Under the pieces are notes generated by a model. That model was given only the letters and a program-made list of their open reading frames with translations, made no database searches and was not told the DNA's origin. This document shows, one piece after another, positions 36,842 to 48,763 of a DNA stretch of 64,000 nucleotides (positions are counted from its first letter, which is position 1; the number at the start of each line of letters is the position of its first letter). Source of the stretch: Atractiella rhizophila. Its lineage: Eukaryota. The stretch is taken from assembly GCA_021432655.1 (NCBI GenBank), contig MU271434.1:1-64000 (forward strand). The letters run 5' to 3'. The translations under genes were made by a program, and so were the position numbers.

Positions 36842-38377
36842 ATGACAATGCCGTTTCAATCATGCCTTGACCTCCTCCTCTGGTTCCAGAACTCAACTTG
36901 TCCTTTTCTTTATTACCAAAGTGACGCTTATCCTGGTTACCAACAGTCACGCAAAGCGCCAGTTCAGGCTTGTTTTCCCTTCGAGAAGCTGCCCACGGAA
37001 CTTCAATTGGCGGTCCTGCATCAAGCTTTTGTTTTTTCTGATGGCACGTCTTCGCGGGTGCTCAAGCGCCTCAGTTTAGTTTCAAGAAAGATTCGAGCGC
37101 TCGTGGCTCCAGACCTCTTTCGCTACGTTTGCATTGGTACTTTCGACCCAACCAAATCTAGCTACGATGAGTGGTCGGCTAACATCGACGTGCTATCTCT
37201 TTCTGAGCTCTTTCGGTTTACGGAAACAGTACATCTCTACCTCCTCATCTCACATTTTGGACACGTGGGGGTAGAAGAAAAACATGGCCGACCCTTTTTC
37301 TACCTTGATCAGGAGAAGCTGGTTGGACTGGGCAAAACTTTGCAGTCGCAACTTGAACTTATTCTCTCACGTCCAGACAACCAAGTGGATTCCATCCAGA
37401 TCACCTTTTCAGAATCAGGGATGGAGCTCCTGGATGAGCGTGATGACCTTGATCTTTCTCCGTCTTTGAAGCTAATTCTACAACCTTTGAAACTCAAATC
37501 AGACGTCAATCTGTTCCTAGCTTATGATCACTCCTATGATTGCTATGTGCTCAAGGTTGCGCGTCGCAGTTTCTTCGAGACATTTCAAGCCTTACCACCT
37601 CATTTACGGATTCGATCTCTCACCCTTGAAGCATTAGAACTTTGTTATAGTAATGTTGGCCTCCCGACAAACGTCATAGTTGACGACCTCACTCTCAGCT
37701 GCAACTCTCTTCAGGATGGGTTTGATGACTTGCCCACAGTATCGCCGCTTCCTCCGCTTCAACGATTGACTATACAAACAGCCCTTTATGCTGATGAACC
37801 TTACAGCGTATATGCCTCCACTATTTTCGAAATCCTAAAGATTTGTCCAGACTCTCTAGAAGAGCTTTCACTGTGCGGACAAATACTTCCAGATCCGGAC
37901 ATCCCACTGACACCTGCAAGTCGACCTTTATTTCCATCGCGTTTACGCCGTTTGCAAGTGCTCGAACAGTTTCAACTGAGGTCTATATCTGCCCTATTGG
38001 ACCAACTTGCGGTTTACTTCTCAGCTGCACCAATCCAAGTACTTGTCCTCGATAGCGAGTCACTTCACACAATAGCCGTGAAGGAGGAAGACCATGAATT
38101 TATTCTGGATTTTTTCCGAGAAACCTTCGGAAAACAACTTTCTGACGCTGGATTCCCCTTGGATGGCCAAGACCCTGCTTCAAACATCTGGGCTTCCATT
38201 TTTCATTCGCTGGTAGAACAAAGGAAAAAAGGAGGCTGGCCAAACCTGTCTACTGTTTGTCTTGGAAGATCTGCAGGGGATCTAGCGAGGCAGGGAATTC
38301 TTAAGATTGACAGCTCTCGTGCGCTGCTGACAGCGAATGGACTTGCTTTATGCGACGTGAAGGAGGAGAGATTGTGA
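36842..38377 (+). CDS. F-box-like protein with LRR-like C-terminus (paralog A)
   Basis: FPFEKLPTELQLAVL..LKRLSLVSRKIRALVAPDLFR; uninterrupted ORF; start uncertain. Confidence 0.8.
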   Translation: MTMPFQSCLDLLLWFQNSTCPFLYYQSDAYPGYQQSRKAPVQACFPFEKLPTELQLAVLHQAFVFSDGTSSRVLKRLSLVSRKIRALVAPDLFRYVCIGTFDPTKSSYDEWSANIDVLSLSELFRFTETVHLYLLISHFGHVGVEEKHGRPFFYLDQEKLVGLGKTLQSQLELILSRPDNQVDSIQITFSESGMELLDERDDLDLSPSLKLILQPLKLKSDVNLFLAYDHSYDCYVLKVARRSFFETFQALPPHLRIRSLTLEALELCYSNVGLPTNVIVDDLTLSCNSLQDGFDDLPTVSPLPPLQRLTIQTALYADEPYSVYASTIFEILKICPDSLEELSLCGQILPDPDIPLTPASRPLFPSRLRRLQVLEQFQLRSISALLDQLAVYFSAAPIQVLVLDSESLHTIAVKEEDHEFILDFFRETFGKQLSDAGFPLDGQDPASNIWASIFHSLVEQRKKGGWPNLSTVCLGRSAGDLARQGILKIDSSRALLTANGLALCDVKEERL

Positions 38378-38671
38378 TCGTCTGAGGGATCCACTCGCAT
38401 ACAATACCATTTAGTTTCCAACGCACAGTCCGCGCACAACGAAAAAAATCCTTGACTGGTAATTCTGGACGGTTCAAACGTAGATCCTATTAACGCTCAA
38501 TACTAGCGTCAATCTGCGTTAGAAAGTGCAGGAGCCAGCGTGCTCTCAGGTTCGTTACTAAAATGTGTTAGGAAACTAAAAGGAAAAATGTTCGATGAGA
38601 TTTCATTCCACCTATCGATATAATTAACATCCAATTCTACAGCACTAGTTCTTCTTGCCTAGTTGAGTTAT

Positions 38672-39330
38672 CAGTCTCCTTCAAGTTCCCATCCCCATTC
38701 TTATTGTCGTCAGCGCCGAGCCCCCTGGGAAGGAGGCTTGGAGAACCTTACACGGAGAAAGGCAGTCTGTGTAAATAATCGGAGTATCGAGGGTAAACGG
38801 TAGGCGATCCGGTGATGGGATTAAGATACAGGATCCGGCTGGTGGGTTTCATACTACTTGAGCAGGGGTGAGACTGTCTGCGCTATGCCGCCGTGGCGCG
38901 GTGAAGCCAAGAGCCAATGGAGTGTTATTTAGTCAAGAAAGAGGCGGCAAATATTGCAATGCAGGATTGCCAGAAGAAGGCAATGCAGTAATCAGAAAAT
39001 AACGGTGACGGGAGAGCTTCATTGGCATCGCACGCGAAATCCAGAACGTAACAATCCAGTTGTTCAGCAATGAGTAGTGAATATGCACTATTTTCTTTCA
39101 TCTTTAGCCTGTGTGAGAGCATGAGCTCTCTGGTTCACTCGGTCCCCCTCCATTCTACACTTAGGGTTAGGGTCATATTCTGGTTCCACAGCGATTTGAC
39201 CACCATCCGCTGTGGACCAGGTAGGGAGTTCATTGCATTGTATGAGAGCGATTTGACCACCATCCGCTGTGGACCAGGTCCAGCGCACAGCCTGAAGGAG
39301 GGAGCGGCTGTACTTCACTACTACCTTGCC
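38672..39330 (+). ncRNA. Candidate highly structured non-coding element
   Basis: Many nested stems with G-U wobbles on the + strand; no credible ORF; contains TTAGGGTTAGGGT at 39161-39173. Confidence 0.45.
39190..39279 (+). repeat. 33-bp identical direct repeat, 24-bp spacer
   Basis: AGCGATTTGACCACCATCCGCTGTGGACCAGGT at 39190 and 39247. Confidence 0.95.
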
Positions 39331-39751
39331 TGATGCTTCACGGAAAGTTGTACATTCTCAATTGCCTGTCAAGCGGCATGCAGTAAACGAACAATTTAGT
39401 CATTTTCATTAGTTCACAAGAGAGCAAGCACCCTTCAATCCATTTTTTATTCCGTAGACATCAGATCTTCTAGCTAACGATCTGATGGGACTGACCTTTC
39501 ATCGTGGATGGAGTGGAGCAGAAAATAAACGGCACGGTAATAACGAGAAGTTGCCTCTAGGCAGGTGGTGATCGACTCTGGGTGATGGACATTTACGCAT
39601 TCCCATTTCTCACTTCCTATGTCATTTTGGTCTTGTGACTTTTCTCTTTCCTTTTCTCCTTCTTCTATTGCTTGATAATTGGCTCAGGGAACGGCGACGG
39701 GCTACGGTGATATTTTCTCACACATATGCAAGACCCCTGCAGTGCGAGTCC

Positions 39752-39844
39752 CATCGCTTTTGTGGCTCACATTTGCAGGTAAAGTTATTTCTCTTAAGTA
39801 ACAATGAAATGTATTCTCATCGCTTTTGTGGCTCGCATTTGCAG
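39752..39844 (+). repeat. 27-bp direct repeat (1 mismatch), 39-bp spacer
   Basis: CATCGCTTTTGTGGCTC(A/G)CATTTGCAG at 39752 and 39818. Confidence 0.95.
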
Positions 39845-40115
39845 TGCTTACAGATCCGTATCTCGTCACTGGGTGCTGCTCAGAATCCACTTCATGAGCT
39901 GTATTTTCATCTGAAGGCCAGGCAACTTCAATCGGGAAGTCAGCTCGACCCGACGGCATCAGCACTATTTGAAAGTGACCATGTCCCAATAGGTAAATTT
40001 TGTCGAACTACAAGCACTCAGCCTCAGCAACTGTCCTGCACCAACTCTTCCCATTTGACACTCAGTATATCTCTATATTAAAGAGGGCATATGAACTCAT
40101 CTTTCCAAACAGGTA

Positions 40116-41528
40116 ATGGTCCACAAACCGCGAGGTGCACATTGTTTTGCCTTCGAGAGGCTACACCCAGAACTCCAACTAGCGATTGTAAAAATAGTTT
40201 TTGAATCGTTTTCTGGCGAGCCGTTCTCAAGAGAGCTCAAATCTTTCAGTTCGACGTCAAGGAAGGTCCGAGCGCTCACAGTTCCATACCTTTTCCGTCG
40301 CATCGTCATTGCTACTTTCGAACCCAACTACTTTGCTGGTTTGCCCGTTAATGACAAGTTATCTCTTCCTAAACTCTTTCGCTTTACACGAACAGTGCAT
40401 CTCCGCCTAAATATCTCACATTTCGGAAACGAATGGGTTGAGGAAGAAAGTGGTCATTCCTTTTTCCACCTCGAAGCAGAGAAGCTTGTAGGACTTGGCA
40501 AGGCCATTCAATCGTCGTTTGAATTCGTTCTCTCAGTTCCTGACAACCAGGTGGACTCCATCCATATCAGCTTTTCGGAATCAGAAGCTGAACCTGACTC
40601 TGAAATTGATCTTCTTCCAGCATTGAAGCTAATTCTGCACCCTTTGGAACTTAAATCGGAGATCGATCTTTCTATCAATCATTCACATTATCAATACTGG
40701 AATACTCCTGAGGAGGCACGTCGCAACTTCAGCCAGACTTTTCAAGCCTTACCATCTCAATTAAGGATCCGATCTCTCAAGCTTGAAGCAGTAGCGCTCT
40801 GCCACAGTGACGTCGGTGTTCCAACGGATGCTGTCATTGACAGCCTCACTCTTAGCTGTGGCACTTTTAATCCTCCGTACATCGACTGGCCTTCAACACA
40901 CCTTCCACCAATCAAAGAATTGACCATACTAACCTCGTTTACTTCCAAAGTGCATATTTCTCAGGTTTTCGCAATCTTGAGGGTTTGTCCGTCCTGTTTA
41001 GAAGTGCTTTCGATACGTGGTCAAATACTCTCTGATTTGGCGACAATTCCACAGGCACCTTCAAATCCTCCACGTCTACTTTTGCCTTTATTATATTTAC
41101 GCCGTTTGGAATTGCTCGAACAATTTGGATTCAGTCGTGATTTTGTCCCGCTCGACCAACTTATGAAATGCTTCTCAGCTGGACCAATTCAGATTCTTGT
41201 CCTCGACAGTCAATCGCTTCACACAATTGCCCTGAAAGAGCAAGGCTATGAAGGCATTCTGAGACTTTCTCAAGAGTCCTTTGGTCAGCGACTTTTGAAG
41301 ACCGGATTTTTCTTTGATGGATCGGATGGTGTTTCCAATGCGTGGGCTCTCCTTTTACATTCGCTTCTGCAACAAAGGAACAAAGGAGGGTGGTCGAATC
41401 TTTCAACTGTTTGTCTTGGCACTTATACACGAGAGCTAATAGCACGAGGGATTGTTACGGTGGACAACCCTCGGTCGCTCCTGGCAGAGAACGGGATAGC
41501 TCTACGTTTGCAGGGGGAAAGCATGTGA
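40116..41528 (+). CDS. F-box-like protein with LRR-like C-terminus (paralog B)
   Basis: FAFERLHPELQLAIV; collinear with 36842-38377 (EKLVGLGK, PDNQVDSI, KGGW.NLSTVCLG). Confidence 0.85.
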   Translation: MVHKPRGAHCFAFERLHPELQLAIVKIVFESFSGEPFSRELKSFSSTSRKVRALTVPYLFRRIVIATFEPNYFAGLPVNDKLSLPKLFRFTRTVHLRLNISHFGNEWVEEESGHSFFHLEAEKLVGLGKAIQSSFEFVLSVPDNQVDSIHISFSESEAEPDSEIDLLPALKLILHPLELKSEIDLSINHSHYQYWNTPEEARRNFSQTFQALPSQLRIRSLKLEAVALCHSDVGVPTDAVIDSLTLSCGTFNPPYIDWPSTHLPPIKELTILTSFTSKVHISQVFAILRVCPSCLEVLSIRGQILSDLATIPQAPSNPPRLLLPLLYLRRLELLEQFGFSRDFVPLDQLMKCFSAGPIQILVLDSQSLHTIALKEQGYEGILRLSQESFGQRLLKTGFFFDGSDGVSNAWALLLHSLLQQRNKGGWSNLSTVCLGTYTRELIARGIVTVDNPRSLLAENGIALRLQGESM

Positions 41529-42143
41529 TTTATTCGTCCAGGATATGTTTCTTTCCAGCCCTGAAGGGATTAGCGCATTCTAACTCTGAAAAACACTTGA
41601 CGTCAACCATGGCACGTGTGTCAATCTGGCTCTGGGAGTGGAGGGAACAACTTATGGGGGTTTAAGACCTTGATTTCTGAGAGACTACAGGAACAAGGAA
41701 CAACAGTTAAGGACAAAACGACAAAGGTTTTAAACACGATGATGGATGAAAAGATCCCATTTCTTAAGAGTTTGAATAGCAATTCCCCGTTCTGCAGACA
41801 CCGCACTACCAAGAAGATCTACAAGCATCAGCTGAACCCCCTCTAATTCATTCCGATACCGACCCCGCAGAAGGTCGGTTCTGACGTGAACCTGATTGGC
41901 CATAGCAAATAGCATTGGATGCAACGTTCTGACTCAATTCAGCACCTGACTGAGCCTGTCTGCGTCTGACATGACGGCGACGCGACGCGAGCGACCCAAC
42001 AACAGAAAGGCAACAACATAGCGGACGCAAATTAGCCTTCCATAAAGCTCGACATATGCCCAGCTTCAAAGAAAAGCGAGCCTCTCAAAATGTCACTCGT
42101 ACCAAAGGGCAAACTAGATTTACCCCCGGATGAGGTTGCTGCA

Positions 42144-43436
42144 TGGTGAGAGCTTGTAGTGGAGTATTGTCCTTGCTCTAACGCGACCGAGGACAGGTTG
42201 ACTTCATTGGAAAAGGAAGTGAGAAGCCTGTCTGCGCAAGTTGGAGCGATTACGCTTACATTGCATCAATTCATCCTCCAACATCAATCTCGACAAACCA
42301 ACGGTCGCTCAGACGATGGGGAGGATGCGGATCAAAGTTCCACCGTCACACTCATCAACAGCCTTCCAGCTCCGTCTAATGGATTAAGCTGTCCAACGCC
42401 ACCGAGCTCAGCAAAACAGTTACACCTTAGTAGTAGGTTGAAAATAGACTTTACTTTTAGACAAGGAAAGAAATTAGGAGGCATCACATTTCGTGTGGTT
42501 TGTGATGAAGCCTGACGCCTGCAATGTGTTGATCAAGTTTATAGGTCAGGAATGACAGGAACCTTCCGAACAGGCTCTTGGTGAGATATTGTCCGATCAT
42601 CTGAACACCCATTGAAGGAACAAGCAGGACGATGTTTCTGCCCTCATTGCTGCTCAGGGTGAAGAATCGTTAACTTGGTTCGATTCTTATTGCCTTCAGA
42701 ATGGACGATGACAGAATGAAATAGTACCAGGAATGGAGTGTCCGGTAAACCCTTAGCTTGGGCAATCAAAGCAGCTAAAGCAATCCCATTCGAGCCATAC
42801 AATTTCCCAACATCGGACGTGGCCATCAAACCGGAGTATCTTGTTTTCGTTACTACTACTAGGGTCGATATGGGTGAGCACTTCCAGCATCACTCTCTAA
42901 GTTTCAAACAATGGCACACAGGGTTTGAACGGACAAAGATAAGGGAATTTTACCTCACAATACCATCCGCCGAATCTTTGGGTGGTTTCTATACGGAGCA
43001 TCATCTTTGCACCGTTACGGAGCAACATCGATTTGCAAAGATGGTGCAAGGATCCGATGTTTGGGAAGAGCTAAAACGACTGGATAACAGAGATGATGTG
43101 AAAGTATCTGGTATCACAATCCTCGACTAATTGTCTCAAACCTCAATGTGGAATTTCTGTGCACAACATCAGGGGTTAAAGCCCATGCATTCATCTAGGT
43201 ATACCTTCAAATGGAGTATTATTCGTGATTTGATTTCTCAATCCCAAGTGAAGAGCACAAAAATATTCAACAAGGCCCCATCGGAGTCATGTCACTCAGC
43301 GCAGCTCAAAGCATGTCCCAGCAGTTGCCTTGGCGGGCAGTCAGCAGCAGCTAACAAAGCTTCTTCCTTCTTTCCCAACAAGTACCAATGTGAGATTCCA
43401 CCTCAATCATGTATCCTAAGCGACCTAATCCCATGA
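42144..43436 (+). other. Hypothetical spliced or decayed gene
   Basis: Coding-like segments (DRLTSLEKEVRSLSAQV; 42738-43130) without a recognisable family. Confidence 0.3.
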
Positions 43437-43857
43437 CACATCAACAGTCAGATTCCTCAGTATCCAGCTAAATAAAATAGGTGGGCTCCGACATATGCTT
43501 GTCTTATTTATTCGTTCCACATCTTTTTTTCAGAAAGAACGCAACGAATGATTTTCTCTTCATTGCCCTTATTTCGCGAACTTGAAGAAAGACTCACTAC
43601 TTCTCTTCCCTAAACAGCCTCATCACTATCAAGGCTCTGCTCCACTCAAGGTGATTAACAACAATCCCCAAACGACCCTGTCGAAGCAGGTTGAAACAAA
43701 TTGAAAAAGAGAAAAAGTTCATGCTGAGGGGTAGAACCTTGGGGGTGACCCGGCTATGAATTCCGGTGTTTCCGCTGTTATCATCATATCTTCCTCTTCT
43801 CGTCACCAGAATTTTGACGACCATTTGCTGTCTCCTAATAGTTGTTCTCCAAAAACG

Positions 43858-45466
43858 ATGTCTCAACCTGCACGCCTCTCTCCCTTTGGTAATGCACTCG
43901 CAGGAGCGATTGGCGGCTGCCTCTCCAATGCTGTTGTGTGAGTTCCTATGTAGAAACGCCGGACGGTTCACTGACGCTGGAGCAGATATCCACTTGATAC
44001 GTATGCCTTTTCTTCTCCATATATTCCCTTCTGGAGCGAGGAAAACGTAGCGTGAAAACTCGCATTCAAGCTGACACTTCAGCTGACGAGAAATCAACAC
44101 CTTCCGGCTCCTCACTTTCGAGACCAGCCGCACCGAAGCATATCGATCTGTCCTCTGTCACGGCTTCGAAAAAGGATGGAGTGCGGAAGACTTTCATGAA
44201 AATTTGGAAGGAGCAGGGGATTGAAGCGTTCTATCGTGGATTTGGAGCTTCAATGCTCAACACCTTCAGTATGCAATTGTACGTCACCTCCTCTTTCTGC
44301 AGTCCAGGGCAATGAGGTTTGAGACTCTTACGCTACTATTTCTGTGTAGTGCATACTTTTATTTTTATGCACTCGTTCGTGCGACATATTTGAAGCGCCT
44401 TGCGACTGGTTCCCTCTCATCGGGCAAAAAACAGTCACCACAAGCATTATCTACAGCGTACGCCTTTCCTTTCTATTCGGGGTTGAGCAGAATCTGAGAG
44501 GTGTATCACAGGACCGAGCTCATCCTCGGAGCCATAGCTGGCGTCCTCTCTTCTATATTCACCATTCCAGTCTCGGTCATTGCGACCGTCAACAACTCTC
44601 AAACAGCAAAAATGCGCCATCATTTATCCAAACTGCGAGCGTGATCCTCCAGGAGGACGGAATTACCGGTTAGCCTCTACCCATTTTCCGAGAGAAAATG
44701 GCTGAGATAGAGTTTGGATAGGGCTTTGGAGAGGTCTCAGGCCGTCCCTTGTTCTTACCATCAACCCAGCAATCACGTATGGCGTCTTCGAGCGCATTCG
44801 GTCAATGGTACAACGGCCAGACGAGGCGAAGATGGGAAGCGGTAAAGCTTTCCTCGTCGGTGCAGGGAGCAAAGCTCTGGCCACGATCGTGACGTGAGTC
44901 TCTTTCTAATGTTCCTTTGTTAATTAACGTGATTGGATAGTTATCCATACATTATGGCGAAAGTGCGGCTCCAAGCGAAATACGACGAAGAAGAGTCAGA
45001 CGACCAGAAGAGCTATGCATCCGTGGTGAAAGATGGACCGACTGCTGGTGACATCACCCAAGGGAATGGGACATCCAGCTTCATCATCGTAGACGAGGAA
45101 AAGAAGCTTGCAGAGTCCCAGTCTGCACTCGAGAAAGGACAGCCTGCTCCAGCTTCGATTAGGAGGAAGAAGAAAGAGAGATACAATGGCGCTATAGATG
45201 TTCTGGTGCAGACTCTGCGCTCCGAAGGCATCACAGGTTGGTACCGGGTAAGTATATTCCCATCTCTTATTCCTATTTTTGAGACTGATGTGTTGTGGAA
45301 CGGAATGAAGGGTATGCAAGCGCAGATCACGAAGGCGACGCTGGCGCAGGCGTTGTTGTTTGGTATCAAAGATTATCTCGATGGATATACCTTGCTTTTC
45401 CTCCTCGCTGTCCAAAAAGCTATGCCTGGAGGTGCAGATGTCTTCGAACAGCGAAAATTAGGTTAG
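43858..45466 (+). CDS. ANT1: Peroxisomal adenine nucleotide carrier (mitochondrial carrier family, Ant1/PMP47-like)
   Basis: GNALAGAIGG, YPLD.VKTRIQ, LRPSLVLTINPAITYG, YPYIMAKVRLQ, WYR|GMQAQITKA. Confidence 0.88.
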
Positions 45467-45964
45467 AGAGGGATCTAAGGGATTGTAATTATTTTTCTTG
45501 CTGTTCATTATCTGCCATGAAAATGTTCACTTCATTCATTGCTGTCTCTTCCACATGCCAATTTCAGGCTCCATTGCATGTTCCATCACTTGAGGATTGA
45601 CTTCAAACGCCAGCGTACAGCGATTCCTTAGAGCCTCTTCTCTTCATCCATACTCTTGTCCAGCGCAGTGACTGTTGCGAGATCGGGTTCATTCGTCACA
45701 GGTTTCGCCTTTCTTCCAGGTAGTATAAAGGTATAAATCGCAGTCTATCCATTGGTTGACAGCCCTGAGCATCAGCTAGTCATCATGTTTCTGGTGTCAC
45801 TCCACCTGCTTTTAGAATAAACCGGCGGCTTATCCACTTACAGCACCGCTGAAGAACGATAGGTATGCAATTTGTGCTTCACGGGTCTAAGTTACTTGCA
45901 AGGATGCTTAATTGGCAGAATTAATGTTGCACGAATAAACATTCAAATTATATACGTAACACGA

Positions 45965-47411
45965 TTACTGCTCATTGGTAAAGATGGCAGCCATTCCCAT
46001 GCCGCTACCAATACACATGCTAGTGACGATAATCTTTGCGCCAGTCCTTTTTGCTTGAGGGTAGAGAGTGGCGACCTGTCGACTGCCAGTCGCACCCAGG
46101 GGGTGACCTATTATCCCACGACGATAAATGATTAAATAAATAAATGGAAGGAAGGAAGAAACGTACCGATGGCGATAGCGCCACCGAGAGGGTTGACCTT
46201 CTCATAAGGAATCTTGACGGTGTCAACGCTCATGACAGCTTGAGAAGCGAATGCCTCGTTGATCTCGAAGAAATCGACGTCTGAGACGCTCAGACCGGTC
46301 TTCTTGAGAACGTGAGGAATGGCGACGGCAGGTCCAATACCCATGATTCGTGGAGGTACTCCAACCACTGAGGCAGTGACAAAGCGTCCGAGGATGGGAA
46401 GACCGAGCTTTTTGGCGACGGAACGGCGGGCGAGCAGGACGGCTGCTGCTCCATCTGACACCTGCGATCCATACCCTCTCAGCATGCTGCAGGTCATGAA
46501 GGAATAGAGAAGTGCGAACCTGCGAAGCGTTACCAGCATGGGTAGAACCATCCTTCTTGAAAGCAGGCTTGAGCTTGCCCAAGCTCTCGGCGGTAACACC
46601 GTCCCTGAATCCATCGTCCTTATCTACCGTCTTCTCATTCCCATTCTCATCCTTCACCACGACAGGTACGATTTCATCCCTGAACTTGCCTTCCTTCTGT
46701 GCCTTGAAAGCCTTCTGGTAAGAAGACGCGGCAAACTCGTCCTGCTTCGCACGCGACACTTTGTATTCGGTCGCGACGTTCTCGGATGTGATACCCATGG
46801 GGACGAGACAGTCTGCTGCCTCTTGGTTCGACATGACCTCGTCACTGAAACGCTCAGGGAAGACGCCGGGTCCGTAGTGAATGGTCATGCTCTCAACACC
46901 AGCACCGATACCAATATCGATCTCACCTGTGTACAATGTTCGTCAGCACTTTGACAAGGGTTTGACGGAGAGTGACGAACCAGTCTGAATCTCCAATGCG
47001 ATCTGGTTGATGGAGGTAAGACCAGAAGAGCATTGACGGTTCACGGTATTCACGGCCGCGGTATGCGGGATTCCAGCAGCAAGAGCAGCCATACGCGCAA
47101 TGTTGGCTCCTCCACCAGGGCAAAGGACAGTCCCGACAGCCACATCCTCAATGTATTTCGGGTCGATTCCTTCAGGTCGAAAGGATGGTAAGTCCCAACT
47201 TTGCCCAGATAATAACCCAAGTAAAAAGCATACCAGACTGCTTGATGACTCCCTTGAAGACTGTCAAGAGCAAATCATCAGGAACGACGTCCTTCAGTCC
47301 ACCTTTCTTCGCTTTCGTAATCGGTGTCCTGAGTGCGGAAACAACGACGACGTCGTCTGGCGTTTGCCTCAAGATGGAGCTCTTTCCGCCGCGAGTGTTT
47401 GGTGCTGCCAT
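45965..47411 (-). CDS. POT1: 3-ketoacyl-CoA thiolase (peroxisomal type)
   Basis: VNRQCSSGL, MGITSENVA, GNASQ|VSDGA, EINEAFASQ, GHPLGATG, MCIGSGMG. Confidence 0.93.
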
Positions 47412-47646
47412 TGCGATCGTAGAAGGGATCTTTTCTGTTTGTGATTGGATGGGAAAAGCTGGAGAACGGGGAAATGCTCTGAGGCAACAGGTGTTTTATG
47501 CGACGTGTTGATTGCCGAGTTTCACGTGTTGCCCGGGGGGATGATGTGAGCGTGAAGCCGGAAACCTCAACCGGAACTTACCGCGGAATGTCTTTGCACG
47601 TCAAAAACGATGGAGTATTTAGGTTGGGATATACACAATATGTACT

Positions 47647-47719
47647 GCCTTGGTAGCTCAGTCGGTAGAGCATGAGACTTTTAATCTCAGGGTCGTGGGT
47701 TCGAGCCCCACCTAGGGCG
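47647..47719 (+). tRNA. tRNA-Lys(UUU), intronless
   Basis: Cloverleaf GCCTTGG/CTAGGGC, anticodon arm TGAGA-CTTTTAA-TCTCA, TTCGA T-loop, T-run downstream. Confidence 0.98.
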
Positions 47720-47975
47720 CTTTTTGTTGGCTTAATTTTTTTTACTTTTGCCGGGAAGTAGTACCCGATAATAGCGAGCTCACCGAAGCTCCATGGTACC
47801 CAGCTCTTCCTCTTCTTCATTTCGGCCTATCTGTTCATTGCTCATTTGCAGCACCTCTGCAGTCTGAAGCGTCCCCCGTAAGCCGCGGAACCCGTCTTAT
47901 AATAACCCTCACCCGCGTTATTGGACATTACCCACCAGTCTTCGAATCAAACCACTAGATTTTTAGTCCCACGTC

Positions 47976-48694
47976 ATGAGTACCCAAGCAACTATCAACG
48001 CCCTAGGAGCAGATAATATCCGTCAATGGCTTGAAGGGTTCTGGGCTGCAGGTGGATACGGGTCAGAGGTCATGCAGAAGCTTCAACTGGTTTCATGCGA
48101 GTTGGAAGGCTTTGAAGTGGTGCAAGAGGATGGAGAGGACGTGTTGAAGAGCGGACGGGGAGCGAAGAGCACCGTTATCTTCAAATTGCTGGTTGACGAG
48201 TCTATGTGTAGTCCTACCGGTACGTTTTTGCCTTCAACTCTCCAGACACTTTCTAACGTGAACACCTGTGGACATCTTTCGCCAGGTTTCATACATGGTG
48301 GTTGCACAGTAAGAAATTGCTTCTCGTGATGTGGTAGATTGCTGATTCTCGTCCTAGGCATACCTTTTAGACGTTTGCACCTCGTTAGCTATACGGCCGT
48401 TCTCCAAACCTGGCTTTTGGTTCACGACGGGAATGAGCACTTCCCTCATCACCACCTTTCTAAACGCTGTCCCTTGCAATACTACCGTTTTGTATGCTAC
48501 CTTCCTCAGCTCGACGCAACCTGGACTAATTTGTTGTTCCACACAGACTTGTCAACCGGACATTATCACAAGGGAAGGCAGTAGCGTCCTATGACTTTGA
48601 AATGATCAGTGAGGATGGGAAGACTATTTACGCGAAGGGCACTCATACAAAGGCTGACACTAATAAGGTCAATACAGCAGTTAGTAAACTGTAG
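47976..48694 (+). CDS. PaaI/hotdog-fold acyl-CoA thioesterase
   Basis: MCSPT|GFIHGGCT|AYLLDVCTS, GMSTSL, AKGTHTK. Confidence 0.88.
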
Positions 48695-48763
48695 ATTTGA
48701 ATCTTAGATTGCATGCTCTATTCACTTCGTTCTCATGCTCTATTTACAACATTACTCGGGACC

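Noticed and set aside
39281..39350. Hammerhead ribozyme
   Set aside because: CTGAAGG and CTGATGC do not match the CUGANGA core.
39190..39844. CRISPR-like repeat-spacer pattern
   Set aside because: Only two copies each of two unrelated repeats, eukaryotic DNA, and no cas genes.
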